Notes under the pieces: generated by a model
What the model was told of the DNA's origin: nothing
Databases searched by the model: none
What the model saw: the letters and a program-made list of their open reading frames with translations, nothing else
Source of the DNA: a virus
Taxonomy: Duplodnaviria > Heunggongvirae > Uroviricota > Caudoviricetes
Length of the DNA: 57,047 bases
Strand: one strand, 5' to 3'
IMG/VR virus record: IMGVR_UViG_3300028887_000082
Position numbers and translations under genes: made by a program
Shown here: in pieces, positions 37,378-45,169 of the stretch
Numbering within the stretch: position 1 is the first letter of the stretch
How the letters are laid out: every line of letters starts with the position of its first letter

Positions 37378-38466
37378 ATGGGTTGTTTTAATCATAAATG
37401 TAACTTTTCACAGTTACCTGTTAAGTATGGTGATAGAATAGTTGTAGTCCTTGGGGTAAAACCAATTGGACCTGCAGAGCATATGATGGATATTGACAAT
37501 TTTTCTCCTGGTAATTCATTCACTCCTATATCTGTACCTATCAGAGGTGAATATAATGACTATGGAGGAATACAGAATGTAGATATGACTCCTGGTATTG
37601 AAGTACTTGAGAACTACTTTGATATGGGAATTGAAGAGATTGTTGATATTGCCGAGCGTGTAACTTGTGGTTGTAAAAATCAAGAAGAAGATACTTATAA
37701 GAAGATAAAAGATATTCTTACTGATAAGAAGTTAAGTTTTTTATATAAAAATGTTGAACTTACTTACATCATGGAGCATGAGGATATCTTTGATGATATG
37801 ATAAATAGAAGCAATCTTGCTTATAAGAACAGATATTTCTGGAGAATACCCCATGAATTTCTTAATGATATAGGTTATATTGAAAATAATCTTGGTAAGA
37901 ATAATAACAATTATGATATTATAGAGTGGACTCATCCTACTTTACCGAAGTTAAAGGAAGAGTGTTACATATATAGGACAGAGGATGTTGGTGATTATAA
38001 CAAGGTTTGTAATACTATTGAAGAGTTTGCCAAATATATCGGTGCTGAAATTCCTGAAAAGTATAACAGATCATATTATGAATGCCGTTTTATTGAAGAC
38101 ATAAAAACAATGTCTGATGAATCTCTTAGCAGAATTGATAAACGCCTTAGAGCTTATGAAAATAGACACTATTCATTTCTTAAATTTGCTGAATATGGTT
38201 TATTTCATCAAGGAGAACATACTGGTATATTTAGTTATCTTCTTTGTTCATTTGGAAATAATGATGAACATATGCAGGAAAAATTCATGAAGGAAGTAAT
38301 TGAGATTGCTTTACTTTATGATGCATTGAGACTGATGGAGATGACTTGGGGAAATACTAGTTATTACCGTCAAGACATCAGTTATGAACCTCATATTGAA
38401 TTCCTCAAGAAATGCTTGGAAGTTGCTGAAAGCAAAAGAAAAGAATATGATTATGTAGAGGAATGA
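37378..38466 (+). CDS. hypothetical protein
   Basis: MGCFN...LPVKYGDRI, PIRGEYNDYG. Confidence 0.8.
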   Translation: MGCFNHKCNFSQLPVKYGDRIVVVLGVKPIGPAEHMMDIDNFSPGNSFTPISVPIRGEYNDYGGIQNVDMTPGIEVLENYFDMGIEEIVDIAERVTCGCKNQEEDTYKKIKDILTDKKLSFLYKNVELTYIMEHEDIFDDMINRSNLAYKNRYFWRIPHEFLNDIGYIENNLGKNNNNYDIIEWTHPTLPKLKEECYIYRTEDVGDYNKVCNTIEEFAKYIGAEIPEKYNRSYYECRFIEDIKTMSDESLSRIDKRLRAYENRHYSFLKFAEYGLFHQGEHTGIFSYLLCSFGNNDEHMQEKFMKEVIEIALLYDALRLMEMTWGNTSYYRQDISYEPHIEFLKKCLEVAESKRKEYDYVEE

Positions 38467-38480
38467 TTTTATAAATTCAA

Positions 38481-38918
38481 ATGATGAAACTGATTGAGTT
38501 TGGATCCAGGTACTCATTCTATGATTGGTTCTGGAGAGGTAAAAGGAGTGACAACTACCCATTGATTGAACTCAATTACAGACACTGTTGGGAAGAGGAC
38601 ACTCATATCTATCGGGCAACTGAGAATGGAAAGGATGTTGGAATCATCTTCATCTCCTGCTGTAATCCAGGAGAGATGTGGATTGATTTGTTTGAGATAA
38701 GGGAAGGTTATTGTAACAAAGGTCTTGGTACAGAGATGTTCAAACTCCTTATTGAAAAACATAAACCGGAATACATAAAACTCCAGTGTGTTGAGGAAAG
38801 GGATGATGAAGCATTGTCATTCTGGAGAAAGATGGGATTCCATAAAAAGAGGAATAGTGGTTATTATGATAATCTGATGTATAAGAACATTAGTAAAAAG
38901 TATTGGAAAAATGTTTAA
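38481..38918 (+). CDS. GNAT-family acetyltransferase
   Basis: FEIREGYCNKGLGTEMF; SFWRKMGF. Confidence 0.75.
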   Translation: MMKLIEFGSRYSFYDWFWRGKRSDNYPLIELNYRHCWEEDTHIYRATENGKDVGIIFISCCNPGEMWIDLFEIREGYCNKGLGTEMFKLLIEKHKPEYIKLQCVEERDDEALSFWRKMGFHKKRNSGYYDNLMYKNISKKYWKNV

Positions 38919-39168
38919 CCCATTGTTGTTTCAAGGTTTATATTATCTTGTAAAGAGTCGTTGTGAGAGTGAGAAGGAACATGTTCCTGATTGCTGTGAA
39001 GACTGTAAACACTTCAGAGGAATGAAAAGGAAGTGTAGGAAGGGTTGGTATCCTGATGAGAAGGATTATTTCTGTTGTGACCAGGAGGATGACTTCAACT
39101 GTGATGAGGATTTTGATTATGATGATGAAGACATTGACTGGGATAATGAATATGATGATGAATATTGA
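38911..39168 (+). CDS. Cys-rich protein with acidic tail
   Basis: CCEDCKH...CRKG...CCD followed by D/E-rich tail. Confidence 0.65.
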   Translation: MFNPLLFQGLYYLVKSRCESEKEHVPDCCEDCKHFRGMKRKCRKGWYPDEKDYFCCDQEDDFNCDEDFDYDDEDIDWDNEYDDEY

Positions 39169-39539
39169 TTATGAAACAAGAAGATAAAGAACTTTTATTA
39201 AAAGACCTCTGTGCAAGGTTACCTTATGGTTTTGTTATCCATAGGGAATCAGATAACAGTGACATAAAAATCAATGACATTGATGAGTTTGCCCATTTCC
39301 TTGAGTATTCTGATGGTGAAGAGTTCAAACCCTATCTTCGCCCTATGTCTTCAATGACTGATGAAGAAAAGAAGGAAATAAATGAATATATACATTCAAT
39401 AGAGGGACAACTGATAGGATTTGGTGGTAAGATTATCTGGTTGACTGATTACTATCTGTCACATCATATAGATTTCAGAGGTATGATAAAGAAAGATATT
39501 GCTCTTGAGGCTCTTGAGAATATGTATAAAACTGAATAA
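39165..39539 (+). CDS. hypothetical protein, paralog A
   Basis: LKDLCARLPYG...KPYLRPMSSMTDEE...DFRG; paralog of next gene. Confidence 0.8.
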   Translation: MIMKQEDKELLLKDLCARLPYGFVIHRESDNSDIKINDIDEFAHFLEYSDGEEFKPYLRPMSSMTDEEKKEINEYIHSIEGQLIGFGGKIIWLTDYYLSHHIDFRGMIKKDIALEALENMYKTE

Positions 39540-39541
39540 TT

Positions 39542-39979
39542 ATGACAGAAGAAATAAAAAAGTTGGTGCTAAAAGACCTTTCTGCAAGGGTGCCTTATGG
39601 AGTTAAAGTTTGGTATCCTAATGGTTTTGGAGCCATTTCTACTGTTAGAGGAATAGTAGATGATATTTGTTACTTTAATGAAAATCCAACATATGGTAAT
39701 TTTTGCCATATTGAGCAGGTTAAACCATATCTCCGCCCTTTGTCATCTATGACAGAGGAAGAGAAAGAAGACTTGAAGCAAGAGCATATTAAAGATGAAA
39801 AGATTTATATTGAAGTTATAATGAAAGCTGCAAATGGAGATTCCTCCATGAGAGGTAAAGCAATCCCACATTTTGCAGCAGATTGGTGCAATAAATATCA
39901 ATTTGACTACAGGGGGTTAATTCCTATGGGTTTGGCTCTTGAAGCAACTGAAGGTATGTATAACAAAAAGGAAAAGTAA
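39542..39979 (+). CDS. hypothetical protein, paralog B
   Basis: LKDLSARVPYG...KPYLRPLSSMTEEE...DYRG. Confidence 0.8.
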   Translation: MTEEIKKLVLKDLSARVPYGVKVWYPNGFGAISTVRGIVDDICYFNENPTYGNFCHIEQVKPYLRPLSSMTEEEKEDLKQEHIKDEKIYIEVIMKAANGDSSMRGKAIPHFAADWCNKYQFDYRGLIPMGLALEATEGMYNKKEK

Positions 39980-39980
39980 T

Positions 39981-40643
39981 ATGGACGAAATATTTGAAAA
40001 GGCACTTGAATGGTATATGTCAGGCAACCTTGAACGAAAAAAGATGGCCTGTGAACTCTTTCCTGAAATCCAACTCAAGGATAGGATGGAAAAATATGAG
40101 GAGGAAAAGAGGATAAAGAGAGAGAAAGAAAGAGAGGAACAACTTCAAAAGAACCTTGAAAGATGTAAGGAACTCTTTCCGATAGGAACACCTGTATGGA
40201 GTGATGATGGAACAGACAACTGCCCCAATATCATTGTCAGTGAACCATACATTGAAGAAACCAAATACCGTGAACCTTATGGTGCCTATGACCTTTTATA
40301 CAAAGGACCAAAGAAATCAATCTTTGCAAAGACCATAAGAGTTTTACATAATGAACCTCTTGAGGGACGCTGGAAAAACAGTGTTGTCTGTCTTGAAAAG
40401 TGTCTTTATGCAATGGACAGTGAAAGTCCATATTGTCACAGGGAACATATCATTGACTTTGAGGACTTCTACAAGAAGCAGAATGAAGAGAGAACAAACA
40501 GGATAAAAAGACTCAAAGAGAACATTGAAAGAGTTGAAAAGGATCTCAGTCAATACAAGGATGAACTTGAGGATTTTGAGAAATACAATCCACTTGATTT
40601 CAATCAGGAATTTATAAACAAAATAGTTAAAGATTATGCTTAA
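39981..40643 (+). CDS. hypothetical protein
   Basis: Start moved to ATG 39981. Confidence 0.75.
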   Translation: MDEIFEKALEWYMSGNLERKKMACELFPEIQLKDRMEKYEEEKRIKREKEREEQLQKNLERCKELFPIGTPVWSDDGTDNCPNIIVSEPYIEETKYREPYGAYDLLYKGPKKSIFAKTIRVLHNEPLEGRWKNSVVCLEKCLYAMDSESPYCHREHIIDFEDFYKKQNEERTNRIKRLKENIERVEKDLSQYKDELEDFEKYNPLDFNQEFINKIVKDYA

Positions 40644-40998
40644 ATATTCAGAACATCTTCCGGTTAATTTATCAAAGGAACTCAAAGAATATGGTTGTAC
40701 TTTATTTCTTCCAACCTATTCTGAAGTATTCGAGTGGTTTGCATCAGAGAAGGGTATCATAATAACACTTGAACCTTTCTTCACAATGGCCTTGGGTGGT
40801 CATACAGCATACACCTGGAAAGTATCTTATCCTCATGGGAAACTGCCGGTTATGGTAAGTATCACAGAAATGGAAAAGTGGAAAGAGGGATCATTGGGTG
40901 GTTCATTCTGCCCCACTGCTGATGCTGCGATTGAATTTGCGATGACCCTGGGTGACAGAAGATTTAAATATATAGAGGTTGATATAAATACCTTATAA
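40636..40998 (+). CDS. hypothetical protein
   Basis: Operon packing. Confidence 0.7.
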   Translation: MLKYSEHLPVNLSKELKEYGCTLFLPTYSEVFEWFASEKGIIITLEPFFTMALGGHTAYTWKVSYPHGKLPVMVSITEMEKWKEGSLGGSFCPTADAAIEFAMTLGDRRFKYIEVDINTL

Positions 40999-41014
40999 AG
41001 AAAACAAAACAACT

Positions 41015-41335
41015 ATGACAAGAGTTGAGATCAACAAGAAGATAAAGGAATATATAATCTCATTACACAATATCCTTCATGGAAATGAGAAACCTGTCTA
41101 TGTGGATATTATGGATTGGCCATACACTGTTCCCATTAATGTAATTGTCGGCAGCGGAAACATGGAAACCCATTCGGCAAAGATGTTGAAGGTGGTGAAC
41201 AAGTCAGCAATCTGTGTTGATGATGAGTATGTGGAGATACCTGTAAAGGATCTCACCAAAATTGAGGCAAAAGACCTTTATATTATGCTCAAACAATGTT
41301 ATGATGAACTTGGTGGTGAATCTGATTCAATTTAA
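41015..41335 (+). CDS. hypothetical protein
   Basis: Operon packing. Confidence 0.7.
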   Translation: MTRVEINKKIKEYIISLHNILHGNEKPVYVDIMDWPYTVPINVIVGSGNMETHSAKMLKVVNKSAICVDDEYVEIPVKDLTKIEAKDLYIMLKQCYDELGGESDSI

Positions 41336-41341
41336 TTTATT

Positions 41342-41542
41342 ATGACAGCAATAGAAGCACTTGAAGAGCTTGAAGAATATATCAAGAACAAGAGAGATGC
41401 AGTGTATTCTGAAATGGGATATGCCAATGAACACAAATTCAAGATGGAATGGCAGGCACTCCAATACAAATCAGAGGTATATAATGATATAAACGGTAAA
41501 ATCCTGGTGATGTTACACAAACTATACAATAAGGAAGAATGA
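41342..41542 (+). CDS. hypothetical protein
   Basis: Operon packing. Confidence 0.65.
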   Translation: MTAIEALEELEEYIKNKRDAVYSEMGYANEHKFKMEWQALQYKSEVYNDINGKILVMLHKLYNKEE

Positions 41543-41826
41543 AGACATATATTATAGTATATCAACTCAGGGATTATTCCAATGTGGATTATATGCCATT
41601 CTATGATGCAATAAAGACCAACTACCCAAACAGGTGGAATCATTTTGTAGAGGATGGTTGGTTTGTCAAGACAGATGATACTGCTGAACAGATATATGAC
41701 AAGATAAGACCTTTCATGCAAAAGACCGATTCATTGTTTGTCAGTGAGATTACTGATGATTTCAAAGGATGGTTGGCAGTAAGTGTCTGGCCCTGGTTAA
41801 GAGATAAGGAAGATGGGAAAGAATAA
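41539..41826 (+). CDS. small ferredoxin-fold-like hypothetical protein
   Basis: YIIVYQL..DY..FYDAIK...WFVKT...DSLFVSEI. Confidence 0.65.
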   Translation: MKTYIIVYQLRDYSNVDYMPFYDAIKTNYPNRWNHFVEDGWFVKTDDTAEQIYDKIRPFMQKTDSLFVSEITDDFKGWLAVSVWPWLRDKEDGKE

Positions 41827-41992
41827 ACCAACATTTGACGGGTTTGGCTGGGATGGAAAACCCACAGGACACAAATGTGCGATATGCATACACCAGGATG
41901 AAGAATGTCCACATCAGGGATTCTTCGGTGAAGGTGCATTTCTGATTTGTAATTATGATTTAGAAAAGTGTTTAAAAGATGGAAATAATTAA
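41813..41992 (+). CDS. small Cys-containing protein (59 aa, absent from ORF track)
   Basis: MGKNKPTFDG...CAICIH...CPH...KDGNN*, bridges two overlapping genes. Confidence 0.6.
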   Translation: MGKNKPTFDGFGWDGKPTGHKCAICIHQDEECPHQGFFGEGAFLICNYDLEKCLKDGNN

Positions 41993-42293
41993 AGATTTGA
42001 GACCAAGTACACACCTGTACAAGTTCATTCACCACAACTGCTGCGAATTTACCGCAACAGGAAATGAGTTCAAATGGGTAACAGGTCAGTACAATGAGAC
42101 AATGGCAGATGTAATATGTCCGCAGTGTGGAAAACAGTTTTATTATAATCCTGAGGAGATAACAAATGAATCAACTGACTCATTTTCTGGTTGGCCAAAT
42201 TTCACCAACTGTCCCAGGAACTGTAAGACCTGTTATGCAAAATGTATGTACAGGAAAGAACCTTATGTTGAATCTGTAATAGTAAACAAATAA
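41979..42293 (+). CDS. Zn-finger-like hypothetical protein
   Basis: CPQCG and CPRNCKTC..C motifs. Confidence 0.7.
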   Translation: MEIIKDLRPSTHLYKFIHHNCCEFTATGNEFKWVTGQYNETMADVICPQCGKQFYYNPEEITNESTDSFSGWPNFTNCPRNCKTCYAKCMYRKEPYVESVIVNK

Positions 42294-43060
42294 TGAAAGT
42301 TTTAGGAAGATATGTACACGGATCCCAGGATAGCCTGGATGTTGATGTATATTACTGGGTGGATGAAATGCCTTCTACAATCCAGGAGTGTAAGGAATGG
42401 TGTGAAAAGAAAGAGGGTGAGAATGCCAACCTCTTTACAGTAAAGCAGAACTTTACTATGGAGAGAGTGGAGTCTTACATTGACAAGGTGTATAAGGGTT
42501 CACCTGATGAAGTGAACAATTCATTGATTAGGACATATTATCTTCATCCCCAGGAAAACCCATTACCCCAAGGATTAGAGTATGTCAAGAGAGACAACAT
42601 AATCAAGTATATAAGAGCAGTGAGGATAATTCTCAGTCATTTGTCAAAGTCCCCATACAGGGAAAACATAAAGCATGCCCTCAACTTTGGAGACTGGGAT
42701 GAAAGACTCAATACTCTTGAGGATGTTCCGATTGGAGGACTTGACTTTTCAAGACTCAATCCCAAGATGACTCCAGAGGATATCAAGAAGGTGATGGCTT
42801 TCCAGATTGGTCAGTCAATAGGTCTGATGGATGGAAGGGAATACTACACCAAGTCTGAAATAGCGGAGGCATACCCTGTGTTGAGACAGTTCCTCTACCG
42901 CGAACAGGACAGCAACACCTATGAACTCCAGGCAATGGTTACATACTTTATCAAGAGGTTAAGAGAAGAAGTTAGTGAGAAAATCATATATATGAATGAC
43001 TTTGATATAACCTTCATAGATGGTAAGTATAATATAAAGGATGAGAAGAGAATTTGGTGA
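42293..43060 (+). CDS. Pol-beta-type nucleotidyltransferase-like protein
   Basis: N-terminal HGSQDSLDVDV (GS..DxD). Confidence 0.55.
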   Translation: MKVLGRYVHGSQDSLDVDVYYWVDEMPSTIQECKEWCEKKEGENANLFTVKQNFTMERVESYIDKVYKGSPDEVNNSLIRTYYLHPQENPLPQGLEYVKRDNIIKYIRAVRIILSHLSKSPYRENIKHALNFGDWDERLNTLEDVPIGGLDFSRLNPKMTPEDIKKVMAFQIGQSIGLMDGREYYTKSEIAEAYPVLRQFLYREQDSNTYELQAMVTYFIKRLREEVSEKIIYMNDFDITFIDGKYNIKDEKRIW

Positions 43061-43095
43061 TTTTTTTGTTATATTTAATATTGAAAAATAATTTT

Positions 43096-43116
43096 CATAA
43101 ATACTTTACATAAATA
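43096..43116 (+). promoter_or_regulatory. tandem CATAAATA late-promoter motifs upstream of leader 1
   Basis: Copies at 43096-43103 and 43109-43116. Confidence 0.55.
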
Positions 43117-43120
43117 TAGT

Positions 43121-43195
43121 ATGATGACACTCAATAATAACATATCAGATAGGAGATCCGATTTAAATAAATGGGATCCATCAGGTGTGTGTTGA
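43121..43195 (+). CDS. attenuator leader peptide 1 (24 aa)
   Basis: MMTLNNNISDRRSDLNKWDPSGVC*; last codons form the antiterminator strand; same MMTL start as leader 2. Confidence 0.75.
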   Translation: MMTLNNNISDRRSDLNKWDPSGVC

Positions 43196-43262
43196 AGTGT
43201 CAAACTATAAAATCATCCAATATATCTCTCAACCACACCTTTGAAAAAAGATGTGGTTTTTT
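43183..43262 (+). terminator. attenuator 1: antiterminator 43183-43195/43229-43240 versus terminator 43231-43262
   Basis: AGGTGTGTGTTGA pairs with TCAACCACACCT; AACCACA-C-CTTT(GAAA)AAAG-A-TGTGGTT plus T-tract. Confidence 0.75.
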
Positions 43263-43273
43263 ATTTGAAATAA

Positions 43274-43305
43274 TTTGGATAATTCAAAAAAAGTTGTTAT
43301 CTTTG
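43274..43305 (+). promoter_or_regulatory. Bacteroidota sigma70-type promoter for tRNA array 1
   Basis: TTTG (43274) - 20 nt - TATCTTTG (43298). Confidence 0.8.
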
Positions 43306-43317
43306 TAGTGTTGAAAG

Positions 43318-43432
43318 TTCAATACCAGTTAAGTATCAGTATCGAGGGTTGTAGGCCAATACTTAACTAGCACCAACTGACAGTGTGTGGAATATGTAGC
43401 AATGTGGCTATACTGATACTCTGGTTTTGAAT
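43318..43432 (+). ncRNA. structured leader with two mutually exclusive helices
   Basis: AGTATCAGTAT/ATACTGATACT (11 bp) versus GTTAAGTAT/ATACTTAAC (9 bp). Confidence 0.45.
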
Positions 43433-43446
43433 TAATTATTAGGTTA

Positions 43447-43519
43447 GGCTCCGTAGCTCAGTTGGTAGAGCACGGCACTTTTAATGCCGGGGTCACGGGT
43501 TCGAGCCCCGTCGGAGTCA
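43447..43519 (+). tRNA. trnK: tRNA-Lys(TTT)
   Basis: Full cloverleaf; CGGCA-CT TTT AA-TGCCG; CCA not encoded. Confidence 0.92.
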
Positions 43520-43532
43520 CAAAAAAGTTCTG

Positions 43533-43671
43533 GGTGGGACCGGATAACCTTGCAAGGGTTATTGATGATTATACTATATGTACTGATGGGTTAGTCCAGA
43601 CTTAAAATCCACAAAGGCAATTGTACATAGTCCTGAAGTGGTTGAGGAGAGGTGCTTGCAATACTCTCACC
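43533..43671 (+). ncRNA. candidate structured RNA with two TTGCAA-loop hairpins
   Basis: GGTGGGA/TCTCACC closure; TATGTAC/GTACATA; TTGCAA at 43550 and 43656. Confidence 0.4.
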
Positions 43672-43677
43672 AAAAGG

Positions 43678-43753
43678 AATATCATAGCTCAGTTGGTTAG
43701 AGCACCCACAGACTGTAATTGGGAGGTCAGAGGTTCGAGTCCCCTTGATGTTA
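43678..43753 (+). tRNA. atypical tRNA, Thr(TGT)-like with enlarged anticodon loop
   Basis: Normal acceptor, D and T arms; anticodon arm CCCA-CAGACTGTAAT-TGGG. Confidence 0.6.
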
Positions 43754-43759
43754 CAAATT

Positions 43760-43770
43760 AGTTCTTTGAA
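43760..43770 (+). promoter_or_regulatory. boxA-like antitermination element
   Basis: AGTTCTTTGAA; further copies at 46507, 47665, 49550, 52011. Confidence 0.6.
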
Positions 43771-43771
43771 A

Positions 43772-44106
43772 TATTTGTCTCAATGATGGTTATTTCTGCT
43801 TGTGTTTAGAGTTCCCGTCAGCAAACCTCAAAAGGATTAAATGTGGATTTCCACTATGTCCCGGTAATAACGCTGATAGCAGAATTAACAATCCCTATCT
43901 GGTGAAGACTGAAGATAAGGTGCTAAGCCCTGTAAAGATGAAAAATCACTATCTATGTCAATCCAGGACACTGTTTGTTTAAGATAGTGTATTGAAATAT
44001 AGAGGGTAGTCCAAACAGGTTAGGATGCGAAGTTTAAGTAACATTACTATGGACGTAGAACACTTCTCTATTCTTGCAAGATTTCAATGAGGGATTGAGA
44101 CAAATA
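43772..44106 (+). ncRNA. candidate ~335-nt structured ncRNA
   Basis: Perfect 13-bp end-to-end helix TATTTGTCTCAAT/ATTGAGACAAATA with nested stems. Confidence 0.6.
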
Positions 44107-44110
44107 ACAT

Positions 44111-44184
44111 TGGGATGTAGCTATAATGGTTAGAGCAACTGGCCGTTAACCAGAAGGTTGCAGGTTCGAGTCCTGTCATCCCAG
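44111..44184 (+). tRNA. trnN: tRNA-Asn(GTT), C33 variant
   Basis: CTGG-CC GTT AA-CCAG; G73. Confidence 0.88.
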
Positions 44185-44192
44185 CAAAAGAT

Positions 44193-44277
44193 ACCCCAAT
44201 GGTGGAATGGTAGGCACGTCAGATTTAAGATCTGATGACCCGTAAGGGTCGTGTGGGTTCGAGTCCCACTTGGGGTA
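44193..44277 (+). tRNA. trnL: tRNA-Leu(TAA)
   Basis: TCAGA-TT TAA GA-TCTGA, long variable arm. Confidence 0.9.
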
Positions 44278-44292
44278 CACACCACGAACACA

Positions 44293-44389
44293 ATGATGCA
44301 GCGTGGGTTCGGCATACTAGCTGCCGGGGTGTCTTTGACATCATAGAATTGGTGCGTCATCGGCCAGGTGACCCGAGTGGAAGACTGGC
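44293..44389 (+). ncRNA. candidate ~100-nt structured ncRNA, possible pseudoknot
   Basis: ATGATGCA/TGCGTCAT, CGGCA/TGCCG, GCCAG/CTGGC; GGGT/ACCC cross-pairing. Confidence 0.5.
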
Positions 44390-44394
44390 AAATA

Positions 44395-44468
44395 GGGCCT
44401 TTAGCTCAGTTGGTCAGAGCAACTGACTCATAATCAGGAGGTCCCAGGTTCAAGCCCTGGAAGGCCCA
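44395..44468 (+). tRNA. trnI: tRNA(CAT), probably Ile2 (lysidine type)
   Basis: CTGA-CT CAT AA-TCAG; body resembles bacterial Ile2 (GGGCCTTTAGCTCAG...GGTTCAAG). Confidence 0.8.
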
Positions 44469-44559
44469 CAAATATTAAAGAAAGAATTTATGACACAGAT
44501 GCTTAAACAGAAACAGGTATAGTCTGACCTCATTCAGTTATGAGGTCTCAAATGATTAT

Positions 44560-44631
44560 GGCCTTGTAGCTGAGTGGTAAAGCACCTGTCCTTTAAACAG
44601 GGGATCGTGGGTTCAATCCCCACCTGGGCCA
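44560..44631 (+). tRNA. trnK: tRNA-Lys(TTT), C33 variant
   Basis: CCTGT-CC TTT AA-ACAGG. Confidence 0.85.
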
Positions 44632-44641
44632 CAAAACATAT

Positions 44642-44713
44642 GCCTCCATAGTTCAACGGATAGAACGGAAGTTTCCTAAACTTTTGATATGGGTTCGATT
44701 CCCGTTGGAGGTA
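44642..44713 (+). tRNA. trnR: tRNA-Arg(CCT)
   Basis: GAAGT-TT CCT AA-ACTTT. Confidence 0.9.
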
Positions 44714-44719
44714 CAAAGA

Positions 44720-44903
44720 TAAATAGCACCCATACAAAGATCTATATGGGTAAAGACAACTGGACACGCCAAAGACTACGTGCCTTCTGGGATCGACACT
44801 CCGGAGTTATGTCACCCACCTGAGCGGCGGAACTGGTCTGGGTAACCAGGGTTTAATCTGAAGGGAAACCCCAGAGGAAGAGATGTCCGGATTGTGCTAT
44901 TTA
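44720..44903 (+). ncRNA. candidate ~185-nt structured ncRNA
   Basis: 10-bp closure TAAATAGCAC/GTGCTATTTA; TGGACA/TGTCCG; CTTCTGGG/CCCAGAGG. Confidence 0.55.
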
Positions 44904-44910
44904 ATAAAAC

Positions 44911-45083
44911 GTTTAGGAATAGAGGTAGTTTTCCAGCGGGAATTAAGGATCACTGCTCGACATTAAGTTGTGAGTAAGATTGCCACCGGGTAACCAAACC
45001 TGGGTCGCCAGTAAGAAAGGTGGGTATGGTCGTCCCACCGAGTATGAACGCGGGCATAAAGACAGAACACTATAACCCTAAAT
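44911..45083 (+). ncRNA. candidate ~170-nt structured ncRNA
   Basis: GTTTAGG/CCTAAAT closure; GGTGGG/CCCACC; shares GGGTAACCA with preceding element. Confidence 0.45.
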
Positions 45084-45096
45084 ATGAGACCAATAT

Positions 45097-45169
45097 GGTC
45101 TGGTAGCTCAATGGATAGAGCAACAGCCTTCTAAGCTGTGGGTTCTGGGTTCGAGTCCCAGCCGGATCA
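45097..45169 (+). tRNA. trnR: tRNA-Arg(TCT)
   Basis: ACAGC-CT TCT AA-GCTGT. Confidence 0.92.

Noticed and set aside
41539-41826. Possible Cas2
   Set aside because: Only a generic small ferredoxin-like pattern; no cas1 or array nearby
963-42035. Numerous minus-strand and off-frame ORFs of 60-280 aa nested in the + strand genes (e.g. 21653-22495, 18779-19324)
   Set aside because: Antisense shadows of well-supported genes; no motifs, promoters or terminators of their own
43772-44106. Group I intron or RNase P RNA identity (GGTAGTCC resembles the S element)
   Set aside because: No matching GACTA P7 partner or R element, no exon context, and no GAGGAAAGTCC RNase P core
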